A DNA stretch of 64,000 bases from Spirochaetaceae bacterium (GCA_051531975.1 JAOPTT010000004.1:1-64000), one strand, 5' to 3'. Counted from the stretch's first letter, positions 32,233-42,635 are shown. The notes: a model not told the origin generated them from the letters alone. Made by a program: numbers and translations.

Positions 32233-33981
32233 TTAAAGTTCATCCCATTTTACATATCTATTTATCATCTCTTCCATATGTCTTGGATTAAGTGGTTTTG
32301 TTAAAAACTCATTCATTCCAGATTTTGAGCAGTTTTCTCTATCCTGGGGGGTTGAGTTTGCTGTTAAAGCTATTATTGGAATATCTTTATTATGATATCC
32401 TGCAATCTCTTTTCTAATATTTGCAGTTGCTTGAAGTCCATTCATAACTGGCATCTGAATATCCATAAATATAATACTATACGTCTCTTTCTTTAATTCT
32501 TCTAAAGCTAGTGATCCATTAGATGCTTTTCCGGCATGGAAACCCATTTTACGTAGTAACTTTTCAGCTATTATTAGATTGATGTCATTGTCATCAACAA
32601 GCAAAATTTTAACTGCTGATCTTTTATTCTCTTTTAAGGTATGAATTGTTACTAGATCTGTATTTTCGCTCTCTTCTGCTATTATTATTGAAATTGTCTC
32701 TAATAGTGGTGTTGGGTAAAATGGTTTTACAAGGTACCCATCAATGCCTAAGTTTCTACAGAGCTCTCCATCACCTTTATTTCCTGTTGATGCAAGAGCA
32801 AGCATTTTTGATTCAGTTTTTTTATTAATAAATTCTGTGAAATCTACAAGTGATAGTTCTTGAATGTTTTCGCTATGTAGATCAAATATTACAATATCAA
32901 ATTTATTATTATGTATAATCTCTTCCTTAGCTTTTTCAAAACTTTCAGACAGTGAAAAGTCTATTGATTCGTTTATAAAAATATTTGAGATGTGTGATTT
33001 TGTATCACTGCCAATTACTAGACAGGTGGCGCTGTAAATATCTCCCATTTTTTTTGGTTTTAATAGAGTACTACCTCTTTTTAAATCTAAAGAGAACCAA
33101 AACGTTGACCCTTCATCTGGTTTACTAAAAGCTCCTATTTTCCCAGACATTAAATCTACTAACTGATTTGAAATTGCTAATCCTAATCCGGTACCTTCGT
33201 ATTCTCTTGTTGCAGAACTGTCACTTTGAGTAAACTCTTTAAAAAGAAAGTCTAGTTCCTTTTTTTCTATACCGATTCCTGTATCCGAGACTGAAAAGAG
33301 TAGAGTAGAATAATCTTCATGCTCCTTTAAAACCTCACATCCTATAGTTATAGATCCGCTGTTTGTAAATTTAAGAGCATTACTGTATAGATTGGTTAGA
33401 ATCTGTTTTATACGACCAGGATCGCCAGAGAAATAGTTGGATACTTCTGGGTCAATACTAGAACTAAATGATATATCTTTCTGATTTGCAGATAGTTGAT
33501 TTGTATTATAAAAATCTTTCATTAATTTTCTTAAATCGAAATGAATTGATTCGATAAAAAGTTCACCTTTTTCTATTTTTGAATAATCTAAAATATCGTT
33601 GATTGTTGATAAAAGAGACTCTCCGCAACTACTAATTATTTCTGCATACTCTTTTTGCTCTTTTTTTAATTCTGAATTTAGTAGTAGATTATTCATTCCT
33701 AACACACCATTTAGTGGAGTTCGTAACTCATGGGATATGTTTGCAAGAAAATGGGATTTTATCTGATCTGACTTCATTATATCTTTATTCATTTCCCTGT
33801 TTTCTCTTTGTATCTTTAAAAATAAAGAGATAAATACAGATATAATTCCTGAATATATAATTCCTAATATAATATAATGGCTGACTTTTAAGTTTACATC
33901 TTTAAGAAGATAAAAATTCATAATCGCTAAAAATACAGTTAGAAGTAATAGAATTATATGTAATTTTGTCTGTTTTATCAT
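32233..33981 (-). CDS. Hybrid histidine kinase (2 TM, HisKA, HATPase, REC, REC)
   Basis: SHELRTPLNG, DTGIG, GTGLGL; REC2 LVDDN...MDIQMP. ATG 33981 follows AGGAG; the ORF track start is 34011. Confidence 0.9.
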   Translation of the reverse strand: MIKQTKLHIILLLLTVFLAIMNFYLLKDVNLKVSHYIILGIIYSGIISVFISLFLKIQRENREMNKDIMKSDQIKSHFLANISHELRTPLNGVLGMNNLLLNSELKKEQKEYAEIISSCGESLLSTINDILDYSKIEKGELFIESIHFDLRKLMKDFYNTNQLSANQKDISFSSSIDPEVSNYFSGDPGRIKQILTNLYSNALKFTNSGSITIGCEVLKEHEDYSTLLFSVSDTGIGIEKKELDFLFKEFTQSDSSATREYEGTGLGLAISNQLVDLMSGKIGAFSKPDEGSTFWFSLDLKRGSTLLKPKKMGDIYSATCLVIGSDTKSHISNIFINESIDFSLSESFEKAKEEIIHNNKFDIVIFDLHSENIQELSLVDFTEFINKKTESKMLALASTGNKGDGELCRNLGIDGYLVKPFYPTPLLETISIIIAEESENTDLVTIHTLKENKRSAVKILLVDDNDINLIIAEKLLRKMGFHAGKASNGSLALEELKKETYSIIFMDIQMPVMNGLQATANIRKEIAGYHNKDIPIIALTANSTPQDRENCSKSGMNEFLTKPLNPRHMEEMINRYVKWDEL

Positions 33982-34086
33982 CTGTTCTCCTACTGTTAAA
34001 TCATTGTTCATGAGAAAGTATTTTACAAGTATAACCCTTCTCTTCTATAATTATTAATAGTTGTTGAATTTAAAAAGGAGAATCCT

Positions 34087-35586
34087 TTGACTAGTTTTGA
34101 AGAGTTAATATCAGTTCATTGTATCAGATTATATAAACTTTGTTTGTTTACCTCTGAGTTGAGCAACAAAGATGTAGTTTTGAATAGAAGATTTTTAGGG
34201 CAGTTAAATCTTGAAGCAACATGGATGGAAGAGACATTAGATGCTTCTGGGGCTATGCTTAATGACAAATGGTTTCCCTTCCGAGAAGGGGTGTCGGCTA
34301 TTAAGTTATTCTCAACGGTTACTTACGATGTTATTCATGTTAATGAGAGTTATCCTCATTATCACTTAATTGAGATATCAGAGAAGTTTAAAAAAGATAT
34401 TACAGGGGTATTACATGATCTGCACTTATCTTTAGTTAAAACTTCAAAATATCTTGTAAAGAATGCTAAGAAATGTGGTATCCATGGCGATTATACTGTT
34501 TCAGCCGATGAATATGAGGATTTTGATATAGCTTTATTTCTAAAAAATGATAACCTACCTAGGAATAGAAAGTTAAGGCACATAAAAAATCCTGGAACAA
34601 CTTTAATTTACCTATCTACTGAGTTTCTGAGCTTAAAATCTTCGATGTCAGTTTTTAATAAATTTTCAAATCTAAAAAAAAGTGAGTATAAAAGCTGTAT
34701 TCCAGACCTTTTTAGTGAGGAAAAATTACGACTTATCTTAGCTAGGTTTCATAATTTACAGTCTTTGTACGATACATACCTTTCAGAGTCAGATATTGAA
34801 GATGCTGACAGTAGATTAAAGGTTTTAAGAGGTCATATTAGTATCATTTACCATATGCTAGAATCTGCCACTAAATTTACTCATTATTACGAAAGACATA
34901 TAGTTCCAAGGCAATCATCGATATTCTTTTCAGCACTTCTTCCTTTAGAGATTGATAGGTTTTTAGAGATCACAATAGACTTTTTTATGACAAATTTTAT
35001 ATGTTTCTTTAAAGATGCAAAAGAGTTATGTGGAGATGTTATTGATAGTTATGCCGAGATTGGAGAGAAAACAGTTCCAATACCAAGGTATAGAGGGTTT
35101 CATGTAAGACCTTCATCTCTAATTTCTAAGATTGTAAACTATTATGGAGGCCGAGTTAAGATGTTTATTGGGGATGCAGTATATGATCCATCAACACCTT
35201 TAGAGCTTTTTAGAGTTAATGAAGAGATAAATGCTATGAAAAGAGTAAGACTTTTTGAGTTGGTGAATAATCAAAATATTGAGAAAAAGGATATAAGGTC
35301 TTTATTAGATGTTTTATCTGACAGTGGAGATGTTATTGTTTACGATAATAGTTTCCCAGATATTGAAACCAATAATGAGGAAACTATTGTCGAGTATCAT
35401 AAAAAAGCAATTACATTTCTTTTAGCCTCAGGAAAAATCGATATTAGCATGGATATTACTGTAAAGTTTGTAGGGGATATGCGTTCTTTAATCGATATCG
35501 AGTTATTAGCAGAAAACGGCTATGGCGAAAACAAATATGGGGCAAACATTTCTCTGCCTAAAAAGCTTTGTTATCTGAAACGTTGA
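34087..35586 (+). CDS. Large protein with C-terminal HPr-like phosphocarrier domain
   Basis: RBS AAGGAG and TTG start; GFHVRPS resembles the HPr His15 motif GLHARPA. Confidence 0.7.
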   Translation: MTSFEELISVHCIRLYKLCLFTSELSNKDVVLNRRFLGQLNLEATWMEETLDASGAMLNDKWFPFREGVSAIKLFSTVTYDVIHVNESYPHYHLIEISEKFKKDITGVLHDLHLSLVKTSKYLVKNAKKCGIHGDYTVSADEYEDFDIALFLKNDNLPRNRKLRHIKNPGTTLIYLSTEFLSLKSSMSVFNKFSNLKKSEYKSCIPDLFSEEKLRLILARFHNLQSLYDTYLSESDIEDADSRLKVLRGHISIIYHMLESATKFTHYYERHIVPRQSSIFFSALLPLEIDRFLEITIDFFMTNFICFFKDAKELCGDVIDSYAEIGEKTVPIPRYRGFHVRPSSLISKIVNYYGGRVKMFIGDAVYDPSTPLELFRVNEEINAMKRVRLFELVNNQNIEKKDIRSLLDVLSDSGDVIVYDNSFPDIETNNEETIVEYHKKAITFLLASGKIDISMDITVKFVGDMRSLIDIELLAENGYGENKYGANISLPKKLCYLKR

Positions 35587-35739
35587 ATTTAAAATGTAAT
35601 TTTTCTGTAATTCTCTGTAATATTACAGAAAAAGTTTGCTGTTTTCCGTTCTTGATGTTAACATAAAAAATAGTGTTGAAAATCATCTCGTTATGGATAA
35701 TAGTGAGATTATGTATAAAGCACAAAAAAAGGAGAACAA

Positions 35740-37323
35740 ATGAAGATTTTAAGTAGAGTAGCTGCTGTTTTATTAGTAGTAGGTTTAGTTTTAAGTTGTG
35801 TAACAAACCCTATTCAAGAGAAAGGTGTTGAACACGAGTTGAAGATCCTTCATACAAATGACCATCATGGACATCCATTGGCATTTTATGATTACCCAGC
35901 AGGTGGACAAGGTGGATTACCAGCAAGAGCTACATATGTTGATGGTGTAAGAACTTCAAATGAGAATGTTTTAGTTTTAGATGCAGGAGATTTTAATACT
36001 GGAAGACCTGAATCTAACTTCTTCAAAACAGAGCCAGATATTATTGGTTATAATTATGTAGGTTACGATGCAGTTGCTATGGGTAATCATGAGTTTGATA
36101 ATGATTGGGAAGTAATGCAGTCGCAAATTGCTCAATCTGAATTTCCATGGTTATGTGCAAATGTTAAAAAAGATGGTAAATATTTAGACAATGTTCAACC
36201 ATATATGATTAAAGAGTATGATGGGTTTAAAGTTGCTGTTATCGGTTTAATGACTACAAAAACAGAGTTGACAGGAAACCCACAAAATATTGGTGGATTA
36301 GAATTCTTAGATGAAGTTGAAGTTGCTAGAGAGCTTGTTCCTATGTTAAAGAAAAAAGCAGATATTGTAATTGCTGTAGTTCACATGGGTTTATATGATG
36401 ACAATACAAAAGGTTCAAGAAAGTTAGCTGCAGGAGTTCCTGAATTAGCACTTATTATTGATGGTCATAGTCATTCTATGATCGAAGAGCCAGCTATGGA
36501 GAATGGTGTTGCAATCGTTCAAGCTAGACACTGGGGTCTTTATATGGGTAACGGTTCTCTGAAATTCAAAGACGGAATGGTTACTTCTTTTGATTGGAAT
36601 TTAGATCCTATCAATGTTCAAACACGAACAAAAGATGATGCTGGAAAAAGTACATACCACTACGTAACTGAGGAAATAGAAGAAGATGCAGAATTATTAG
36701 CTCTATTAACTCCTTATGCTGACAAAGTTGATGCAGTTTTAAGTGAAGTTATTGGTAATGCTACTGACGTTTTCTTAAACGATGATACTAGAAGAATGGA
36801 AACTGCTTTAGGTGACATTGTTACAGATTCGCAGATCTGGTTCTTAAAAGAGATGGGAATGGATATTGATTTTGCATTCCAAAATGGTGGTGGAATTAGA
36901 GCTACTTTAGGAAATGGAGAAATCCAGAAACAGACAGTATACGAAGTACTTCCATTTGATAACTCTATAGCAATGGTTACTATGAAAGGTTCTGATGTTA
37001 TAGCTCTATTTGACCAAGCTGCAGGTAATATTGGAGCAGGATCTATGGCTCAGGTTTCTAAAGAAGTTAAAGTAACTTTTAATGCTGAAGCTAAAACTGT
37101 TGAATCATTATATATTAATGGAAGCCCAGTTGATACTGATGAAGAGTATAATATTGCTGTTAACTCATACTTAGCTTCTGGTGGAGACGGATATAAAGTA
37201 TTTAAAAAAGCTACTTATTATTACGATTCTTCATTAATGCAAAGAGACGCATTTATTGATTATGTTATATCTTTAGGTGGAGACATTACTCCAGCTACAG
37301 ATGGTAGAATAACAATTAAATAG
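35740..37323 (+). CDS. 5'-nucleotidase/UDP-sugar hydrolase lipoprotein (UshA-like)
   Basis: Lipobox VLSC; HTNDHHG, DAGD, GNHEFD, GHSH, NGGGIR, GGDGY. Confidence 0.92.
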   Translation: MKILSRVAAVLLVVGLVLSCVTNPIQEKGVEHELKILHTNDHHGHPLAFYDYPAGGQGGLPARATYVDGVRTSNENVLVLDAGDFNTGRPESNFFKTEPDIIGYNYVGYDAVAMGNHEFDNDWEVMQSQIAQSEFPWLCANVKKDGKYLDNVQPYMIKEYDGFKVAVIGLMTTKTELTGNPQNIGGLEFLDEVEVARELVPMLKKKADIVIAVVHMGLYDDNTKGSRKLAAGVPELALIIDGHSHSMIEEPAMENGVAIVQARHWGLYMGNGSLKFKDGMVTSFDWNLDPINVQTRTKDDAGKSTYHYVTEEIEEDAELLALLTPYADKVDAVLSEVIGNATDVFLNDDTRRMETALGDIVTDSQIWFLKEMGMDIDFAFQNGGGIRATLGNGEIQKQTVYEVLPFDNSIAMVTMKGSDVIALFDQAAGNIGAGSMAQVSKEVKVTFNAEAKTVESLYINGSPVDTDEEYNIAVNSYLASGGDGYKVFKKATYYYDSSLMQRDAFIDYVISLGGDITPATDGRITIK

Positions 37324-37336
37324 ATTGTAGACATTT

Positions 37337-37373
37337 TTCCCCCTTGGTATACTATGTTAGTTCCAAGGGGGAA
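37337..37373 (+). promoter_or_regulatory. 11-bp hairpin occluding the hisA RBS, with a sigma70-like -10 box in its loop
   Basis: TTCCCCCTTGG (37337-47) pairs with CCAAGGGGGAA (37363-73); TTGTAG-17 nt-TATACT with a TG extension. Confidence 0.6.
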
Positions 37374-37375
37374 TC

Positions 37376-38134
37376 ATGGAATTTAGACCGTGTATAGATA
37401 TTCATAATGGCAAAGTAAAACAGATTGTTGGTAGTACTTTAACCGATGGTTTAGAAATGCCCGCCGAGAACTTTGTAAGTACTCAAACCTCAAGTTTCTA
37501 TTCAGAACTTTATAAACAATATAACCTAAAAGGTGGCCATATAATAAAATTAGGCCCAAATAATGACTCCGCAGCAATAAGTGCATTAAAAGCATGGCCA
37601 GATGGATTACAGATTGGTGGCGGTATAAATCCTAATAATGCAAAACAGTATTTAGATGTCGGTGCTAGCCATGTAATCGTTACTTCTTATGTCTTTAAAG
37701 ATGGTTTGGTTAATTTAGATAACCTCAAAGAGCTTGTAGATTCTGTAGGACCAAATAAACTGGTTTTAGATCTTAGCTGCAAAAAAAAAGATGATGAATA
37801 TTATATTGTAACTGACCGATGGCAAAAATGGACAAGTGTTAAGATAAACAGAGAAACGTTAGAGCTTTTAGGTGGGTATTGTGATGAGATATTAGTTCAT
37901 GCAGCATCTGTAGAAGGTAAAATGATGGGGCCGGACCTAGATCTTGTTAAAATTTTAGCACAGTTCTCTCCAGTACCAACAACATATGCAGGTGGTATAA
38001 CTACAATAAATGACTTAGAAGATATTAGAGATTGTGGAAAAAATATTATTAACATAACTGTAGGATCTGCTTTAGATATTTTTGGTGGTAAACTTTCATT
38101 TTCTGAAGTTATTAACTTTTGTAAAAACAGTTAA
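37376..38134 (+). CDS. hisA: Phosphoribosylformimino-AICAR-P isomerase, eukaryotic His6-type
   Basis: FRPCIDIHNGKVKQIVG, LQIGGGI, VLDLSC, TYAGG, TVGSALDIFGG. Confidence 0.9.
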   Translation: MEFRPCIDIHNGKVKQIVGSTLTDGLEMPAENFVSTQTSSFYSELYKQYNLKGGHIIKLGPNNDSAAISALKAWPDGLQIGGGINPNNAKQYLDVGASHVIVTSYVFKDGLVNLDNLKELVDSVGPNKLVLDLSCKKKDDEYYIVTDRWQKWTSVKINRETLELLGGYCDEILVHAASVEGKMMGPDLDLVKILAQFSPVPTTYAGGITTINDLEDIRDCGKNIINITVGSALDIFGGKLSFSEVINFCKNS

Positions 38135-38150
38135 ACTAAGATTGAATTTA

Positions 38151-39197
38151 TTAGAGCTTAGATAAAATATCCACATATTCACTTTTCAAATAGTTCCATG
38201 TAATTGTATTTAAATCTGGTAATGTACTCTTTTGATTGAACATCGTTATTATTTTTTTTGCCATATCTTCAGGGGAATTATCATATAGATAAGGTTTAGG
38301 AAACCATTCTGGATAACTTAGTCTATTTGGAACAATTGGGATTGCTCCGTATTGAACTGCCTCCATAACTGCTAGACCTTGGAATTCATGAATTGCAGTA
38401 GATACAATTAACTCACCTTTACTTAACCAGGAGATATAATCTTCTTTAGATTGTTGACCCCAGCATAGAATGTTTTGGCTAAAATTACTTTTTATTTTAT
38501 CAAAGACCCTAGGTGAGTTTTTAAATTGTATCCCCATCATTATCAATTTAAAGTCTATATTGTTCTCTTCTAATATTTTCAGGGTCTTATAATAGTCCTC
38601 TGGATTCTTATCGTATTCCCATCGGTGGTTCCATATTAGACTATTTTTTATTTTTGGAGTTATAGTTGTTGCTTTATCACAAATTGGAACCGGAATAATA
38701 GTACTCTTATTCCTTATTTTCTCTAATATAGAAACTGGGCTATGGTCATTTATTTTTCTAAGTAGTTTGTGACCACCGCTGAAAAAACTATCTCGGTTAT
38801 ATTTACTATTAAAGACTACTCTGTCTGCACAAAATGCTCCGTATAGATTAACCATCATAGATTCAACATTTGAATGATTTTTATCGTCAGAAAGTGGATA
38901 CTCAAATTGGTTTTCATGGAAGTAGATAACTTTGTTTGCACATCCTAAATGTGGGAAGAGACCTATTATAGTCGATAAATCAACCATAGATGTAGCTAAT
39001 ATAGTATCGTATGTTGAGCCTAGCTCTTTACTGTTTTCTGCCATCCAGCTCAGAGGGTTTCCTCTAATTCTCCACGAGAACTTTCTTGGGGGAAGCTCTA
39101 AAAATACCCAATCATGTTCTGGTAGATTTTTTATCAGAAACTGGCCCCAATAATTGTGACTTTGAGTATTATATGCAGATAATAACAGTATTTTCAT
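38151..39197 (-). CDS. DUF3524 / GTDC1 (QTMAN)-like GT-B glycosyltransferase
   Basis: SH..W, LPPRKFSWRIRG, YFHENQFEYP, WNHRWEYDKNP, HEFQGLAVMEAV, RLSYPE. Confidence 0.85.
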   Translation of the reverse strand: MKILLLSAYNTQSHNYWGQFLIKNLPEHDWVFLELPPRKFSWRIRGNPLSWMAENSKELGSTYDTILATSMVDLSTIIGLFPHLGCANKVIYFHENQFEYPLSDDKNHSNVESMMVNLYGAFCADRVVFNSKYNRDSFFSGGHKLLRKINDHSPVSILEKIRNKSTIIPVPICDKATTITPKIKNSLIWNHRWEYDKNPEDYYKTLKILEENNIDFKLIMMGIQFKNSPRVFDKIKSNFSQNILCWGQQSKEDYISWLSKGELIVSTAIHEFQGLAVMEAVQYGAIPIVPNRLSYPEWFPKPYLYDNSPEDMAKKIITMFNQKSTLPDLNTITWNYLKSEYVDILSKL

Positions 39198-39201
39198 GTG
39201 G

Positions 39202-40380
39202 TTATTTTTTTAACCGTTTCATAAAAAGAGCCAGGACAACAAATGTTCCTACAGATATTAATCCAGGAACAAGCCAAAAAAGCTCAAAGTTTATAACGCC
39301 ATTTATCATAACTCTGTTTGCAAAGATTCCAGCCATAAAGTTACCTAAAAACCCTGCAACTCCCGCATAAATTAATGTATGAATTTGATGTAAACTACCT
39401 CTTGAATTTATATCTGTAAAATTATCTAAATATATAGTTGATCCAACATAAAATAGCGCAAAGATAAAACCGTGTAGTGAAATCCCAAAATAAGTTAACA
39501 ATAACGGCCCATTAAACCAGAATATTGTATATCTTGCTATTTGTAATATAAGGGACAATAAAAAAATCTTTTTAAACCCTAGTTTTTTAATAATTGGAGC
39601 CAATGCAAATAACATAATAATTTCTGGAAATTGACCAAAAGACATTATCATTGGAATATTATTTTGAGATGTCCCAATACTTTTTAAAAATAGAGGTAAA
39701 CCGTATGATAAAAACCTATCAGCTGTAGCACATATTAAAGTTAATGCAAAAATGAAAATGACTCTTGGATTTTTTAAAACTTCAATTGTTTGTTTAGGGA
39801 AAAGTGTTAACTTTACATTTTTTTCAAGTTTAATCTTTGGAAGTTTAAAGGTTAATATAACTACTATTATTGAAAAGATAGCAGAGATTTGTAGTGCTAG
39901 TGGCATACTTCTAGTACTACTTGTATTATTCCATATAAAGCTAACTAACCACCCGGCAAAAATCCAACCTACAGTTCCCCAAAGTCTTATTGAACCAAAT
40001 GCACTACTATCTTTAATATTGTGAAAAATTAGAATATTTACTAGTGCATATGTTGGTGTTAATAACATCATATATATAAAATATGTAAATATAACTGATA
40101 TATAGTTTTGCTGGAATGATAAAATCGTTATAGCTATAGCACCACTAATTTGACATATCATTAAGAATTTTCTCGATGTAATTAATCTATCAACAATAAA
40201 AAAGCTGATTAAAGGAGCTATAATACTTGGAATTGAAGCAATGGATAGAATAACTCCAACTTGAATAGCAGAAAAATGCAAATAATCCATTAAATACATA
40301 CTTATGATTGGGATAAAACTACCAGCAACACATAGCTGGAAAAAGGTTAATAATGATAAATGCAATTTTTTAGATTTCAT
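39202..40380 (-). CDS. MFS transporter, nucleoside:H+ symporter (NupG/XapB-like)
   Basis: About 12 TM helices; IRLWGTVGWI, MSFGQFPEI, ARY, LHGF. Confidence 0.75.
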   Translation of the reverse strand: MKSKKLHLSLLTFFQLCVAGSFIPIISMYLMDYLHFSAIQVGVILSIASIPSIIAPLISFFIVDRLITSRKFLMICQISGAIAITILSFQQNYISVIFTYFIYMMLLTPTYALVNILIFHNIKDSSAFGSIRLWGTVGWIFAGWLVSFIWNNTSSTRSMPLALQISAIFSIIVVILTFKLPKIKLEKNVKLTLFPKQTIEVLKNPRVIFIFALTLICATADRFLSYGLPLFLKSIGTSQNNIPMIMSFGQFPEIIMLFALAPIIKKLGFKKIFLLSLILQIARYTIFWFNGPLLLTYFGISLHGFIFALFYVGSTIYLDNFTDINSRGSLHQIHTLIYAGVAGFLGNFMAGIFANRVMINGVINFELFWLVPGLISVGTFVVLALFMKRLKK

Positions 40381-40483
40381 TTCTGGAATTTAACCTTATG
40401 GGCAATATATTGCAATAGATTTTTCTTGTGCGACAACGTAATACTAGGTTAATATGGAAGTCTTAAAAGATTTAGGAGATATA

Positions 40484-42466
40484 ATGTTATTGATCATAAT
40501 AATACTTGTAGCAATAAATATTTTACTGCTACTAAATGCCCTTTCTAATAAAAAGAAAATTAAGATGTTATTTTCAGAGTTAAAAGATTTTAATATAGAT
40601 AATGGAATTGATTCTATAGAAAGTGATTCAGCACTATTAGAGAGTTTCAAAGTTAAAAAAGCAAAGGTTATCAACTTCTTTCATTCAATAAAAAGTGTAG
40701 GAATTAAAACAGAGCGTTCAAGTAGTAAATTAAGTAGGGATATCAGGAAAACTATTTATGAAGTAAATGAAATTGGAAAATTTGTCCTAGATGTTGAAGA
40801 AATGGCTAATATGCTTTTTAACTATATAACCGATGGTTCTGCGGCGGTAGAGGAGATTCAAGCTTCAATTGAGAGTTTAAATCGTCAAATTGATGTTCAA
40901 GACGATAAGGTAAAAGAGAATTTTGATGTTGTAAGATCAATGACATCCTCCTTAGATTCTATCTCTAAAACAGCATCTGAAAAAATGAGAAATAGTGAAA
41001 AACTTGTTGTTTTAACAGCCGATGGTTATAAAAAAATTAATACAACTAATGAATTCATGAATATTGTTAAAATCAGTGTAAATGATGTACTTCAATTTAA
41101 TAGTGTAATTAATTCTATTGCAGCTCAAACTAATTTATTGAGTATGAATGCAGCAATTGAGGCTGCTCATGCAGGAGAAGCCGGTAAAGGATTTGCTGTT
41201 GTTGCTGAAGAGATAAGAAAATTAGCATCTTTAACTGCGGATAATGCAAAAAATATATCTGTTAATTTAAAAGAGCTAAACCTTAATATAAATAAAGCTA
41301 CAGATTTAAGTAAAACTGCAGGAGATACATTTAAAGATATAAATGGAGAAGTAACATTAGTTATTGACTCTTTTAAAGAGATCACTAATGAAACAATGTC
41401 TCTTTCTGGTAAATCTTCAGAAGTTACGGAGAGTATAAGTGAACTTGTGGCTCTATCAGAGAATACTAAGAACTCCATGTCAGAAATGAGTCTTGGAGCA
41501 AGAGATGTAACTGAAACATTTGAAAAAACGAAATCTTTTGGACACTCCTTAAATGAATCTATTAGTGACCTAACCATTGTTTCACATGATATTACAAAAG
41601 TAGTTACAGGATTAAGTGAATCTTTCTTCTCTATGAATAAAGTATTAATTGAACTAGTTAAGGATACAAAAATATTCTCTTCCTCTGGGGAGGATATTGA
41701 TAAATTAGAGAATCATATGTTAATTAATAATATTGTTTTGTCTCATATTTCTTGGGTTCTAAAAAGCAAATCTGTAATTGATGGTGTTTTAAATCCTGAT
41801 GATTGTGATCTGGTTTCTACTACTTCATGTGTAATGGGTCAGTGGCTAGAAAATGAAGGTAAAGAGCGATTAGACCGGGATACGTATGATCGTTTAATAA
41901 TAAGGCATAATCAACTTCATGGGACGGTAAAAATTATTATTGATCATGTTAGAAGTGGGAATAAAAAAGAGGCGATGGTTGCCTTTGTTGAATTAGGAAG
42001 CCACTCTTCTGCAATAATTCAGATGTTATCTACTGGGGATTCAAATGATTTTGTAACATGGGATAAAGGTTTGTCGGTTGGAGTAAAACTGTTTGATGAT
42101 CAACACATAGTTCTTTTTAATTTAATTAATGACTTAGCTTCTGTTATGACAAAAGGTGAAGCTAGTGGAGAAATTGCAAAAGTTTTAGCTGAGCTTATTA
42201 AATATACAGATGGTCATTTTAAATCTGAAGAGCAATGTTTTGAGAAATATGGTTACGCTGAAGCAAAAGAACACACTCAAATTCATAAAAAGCTTGTTGA
42301 TACTGTATTAGCACTTCAGGATAATCTGAATAGAGGAAAGAAGGTTATGTCTACCGAAGTTTTAGATTTTCTACAAAACTGGATATACGACCACATAATG
42401 ATAGAGGATAATAAGTATACTGAATTTCTACGATCAAGAATGCCAGAGAACGAAGTTGTTAGATAG
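40484..42466 (+). CDS. Methyl-accepting chemotaxis protein with C-terminal CZB and bacteriohemerythrin domains
   Basis: [52 protein letters not shown]; hemerythrin DDQH..HFKSEE..H..H..HIMIED. ATG 40484 follows AGGAG. Confidence 0.9.
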   Translation: MLLIIIILVAINILLLLNALSNKKKIKMLFSELKDFNIDNGIDSIESDSALLESFKVKKAKVINFFHSIKSVGIKTERSSSKLSRDIRKTIYEVNEIGKFVLDVEEMANMLFNYITDGSAAVEEIQASIESLNRQIDVQDDKVKENFDVVRSMTSSLDSISKTASEKMRNSEKLVVLTADGYKKINTTNEFMNIVKISVNDVLQFNSVINSIAAQTNLLSMNAAIEAAHAGEAGKGFAVVAEEIRKLASLTADNAKNISVNLKELNLNINKATDLSKTAGDTFKDINGEVTLVIDSFKEITNETMSLSGKSSEVTESISELVALSENTKNSMSEMSLGARDVTETFEKTKSFGHSLNESISDLTIVSHDITKVVTGLSESFFSMNKVLIELVKDTKIFSSSGEDIDKLENHMLINNIVLSHISWVLKSKSVIDGVLNPDDCDLVSTTSCVMGQWLENEGKERLDRDTYDRLIIRHNQLHGTVKIIIDHVRSGNKKEAMVAFVELGSHSSAIIQMLSTGDSNDFVTWDKGLSVGVKLFDDQHIVLFNLINDLASVMTKGEASGEIAKVLAELIKYTDGHFKSEEQCFEKYGYAEAKEHTQIHKKLVDTVLALQDNLNRGKKVMSTEVLDFLQNWIYDHIMIEDNKYTEFLRSRMPENEVVR

Positions 42467-42533
42467 AGTAGTCAAAAGGAAGTTAAACCCTATTGAGTTT
42501 TTTATAATTTAACACTAACTTATATTTAAGTTA

Positions 42534-42624
42534 TGGTTGGTCTGGATATTTTTCCTGGCTCACCTTTATACGCAAAGGCATGCTTTGCGGGTCGGAAATA
42601 AGTTCCTACTCGCCAATGCAACCA
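42534..42624 (+). ncRNA. Candidate structured 5' leader RNA, family unassigned
   Basis: GC-rich island folding into a closing stem plus three hairpins and ending at the RBS; G-U pairs favour the + strand. Confidence 0.45.
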
Positions 42625-42635
42625 AGGAGAAAGTT

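Noticed and set aside
42560..42600. c-di-GMP-I riboswitch or tRNA call for the ychJ leader (contains ACGCAAAG, cloverleaf-like)
   Set aside because: It lacks the GGCAAAC, GNRA tetraloop and receptor elements, and has no T-loop GTTCRA or canonical tRNA arms. Kept only as an unassigned structure.
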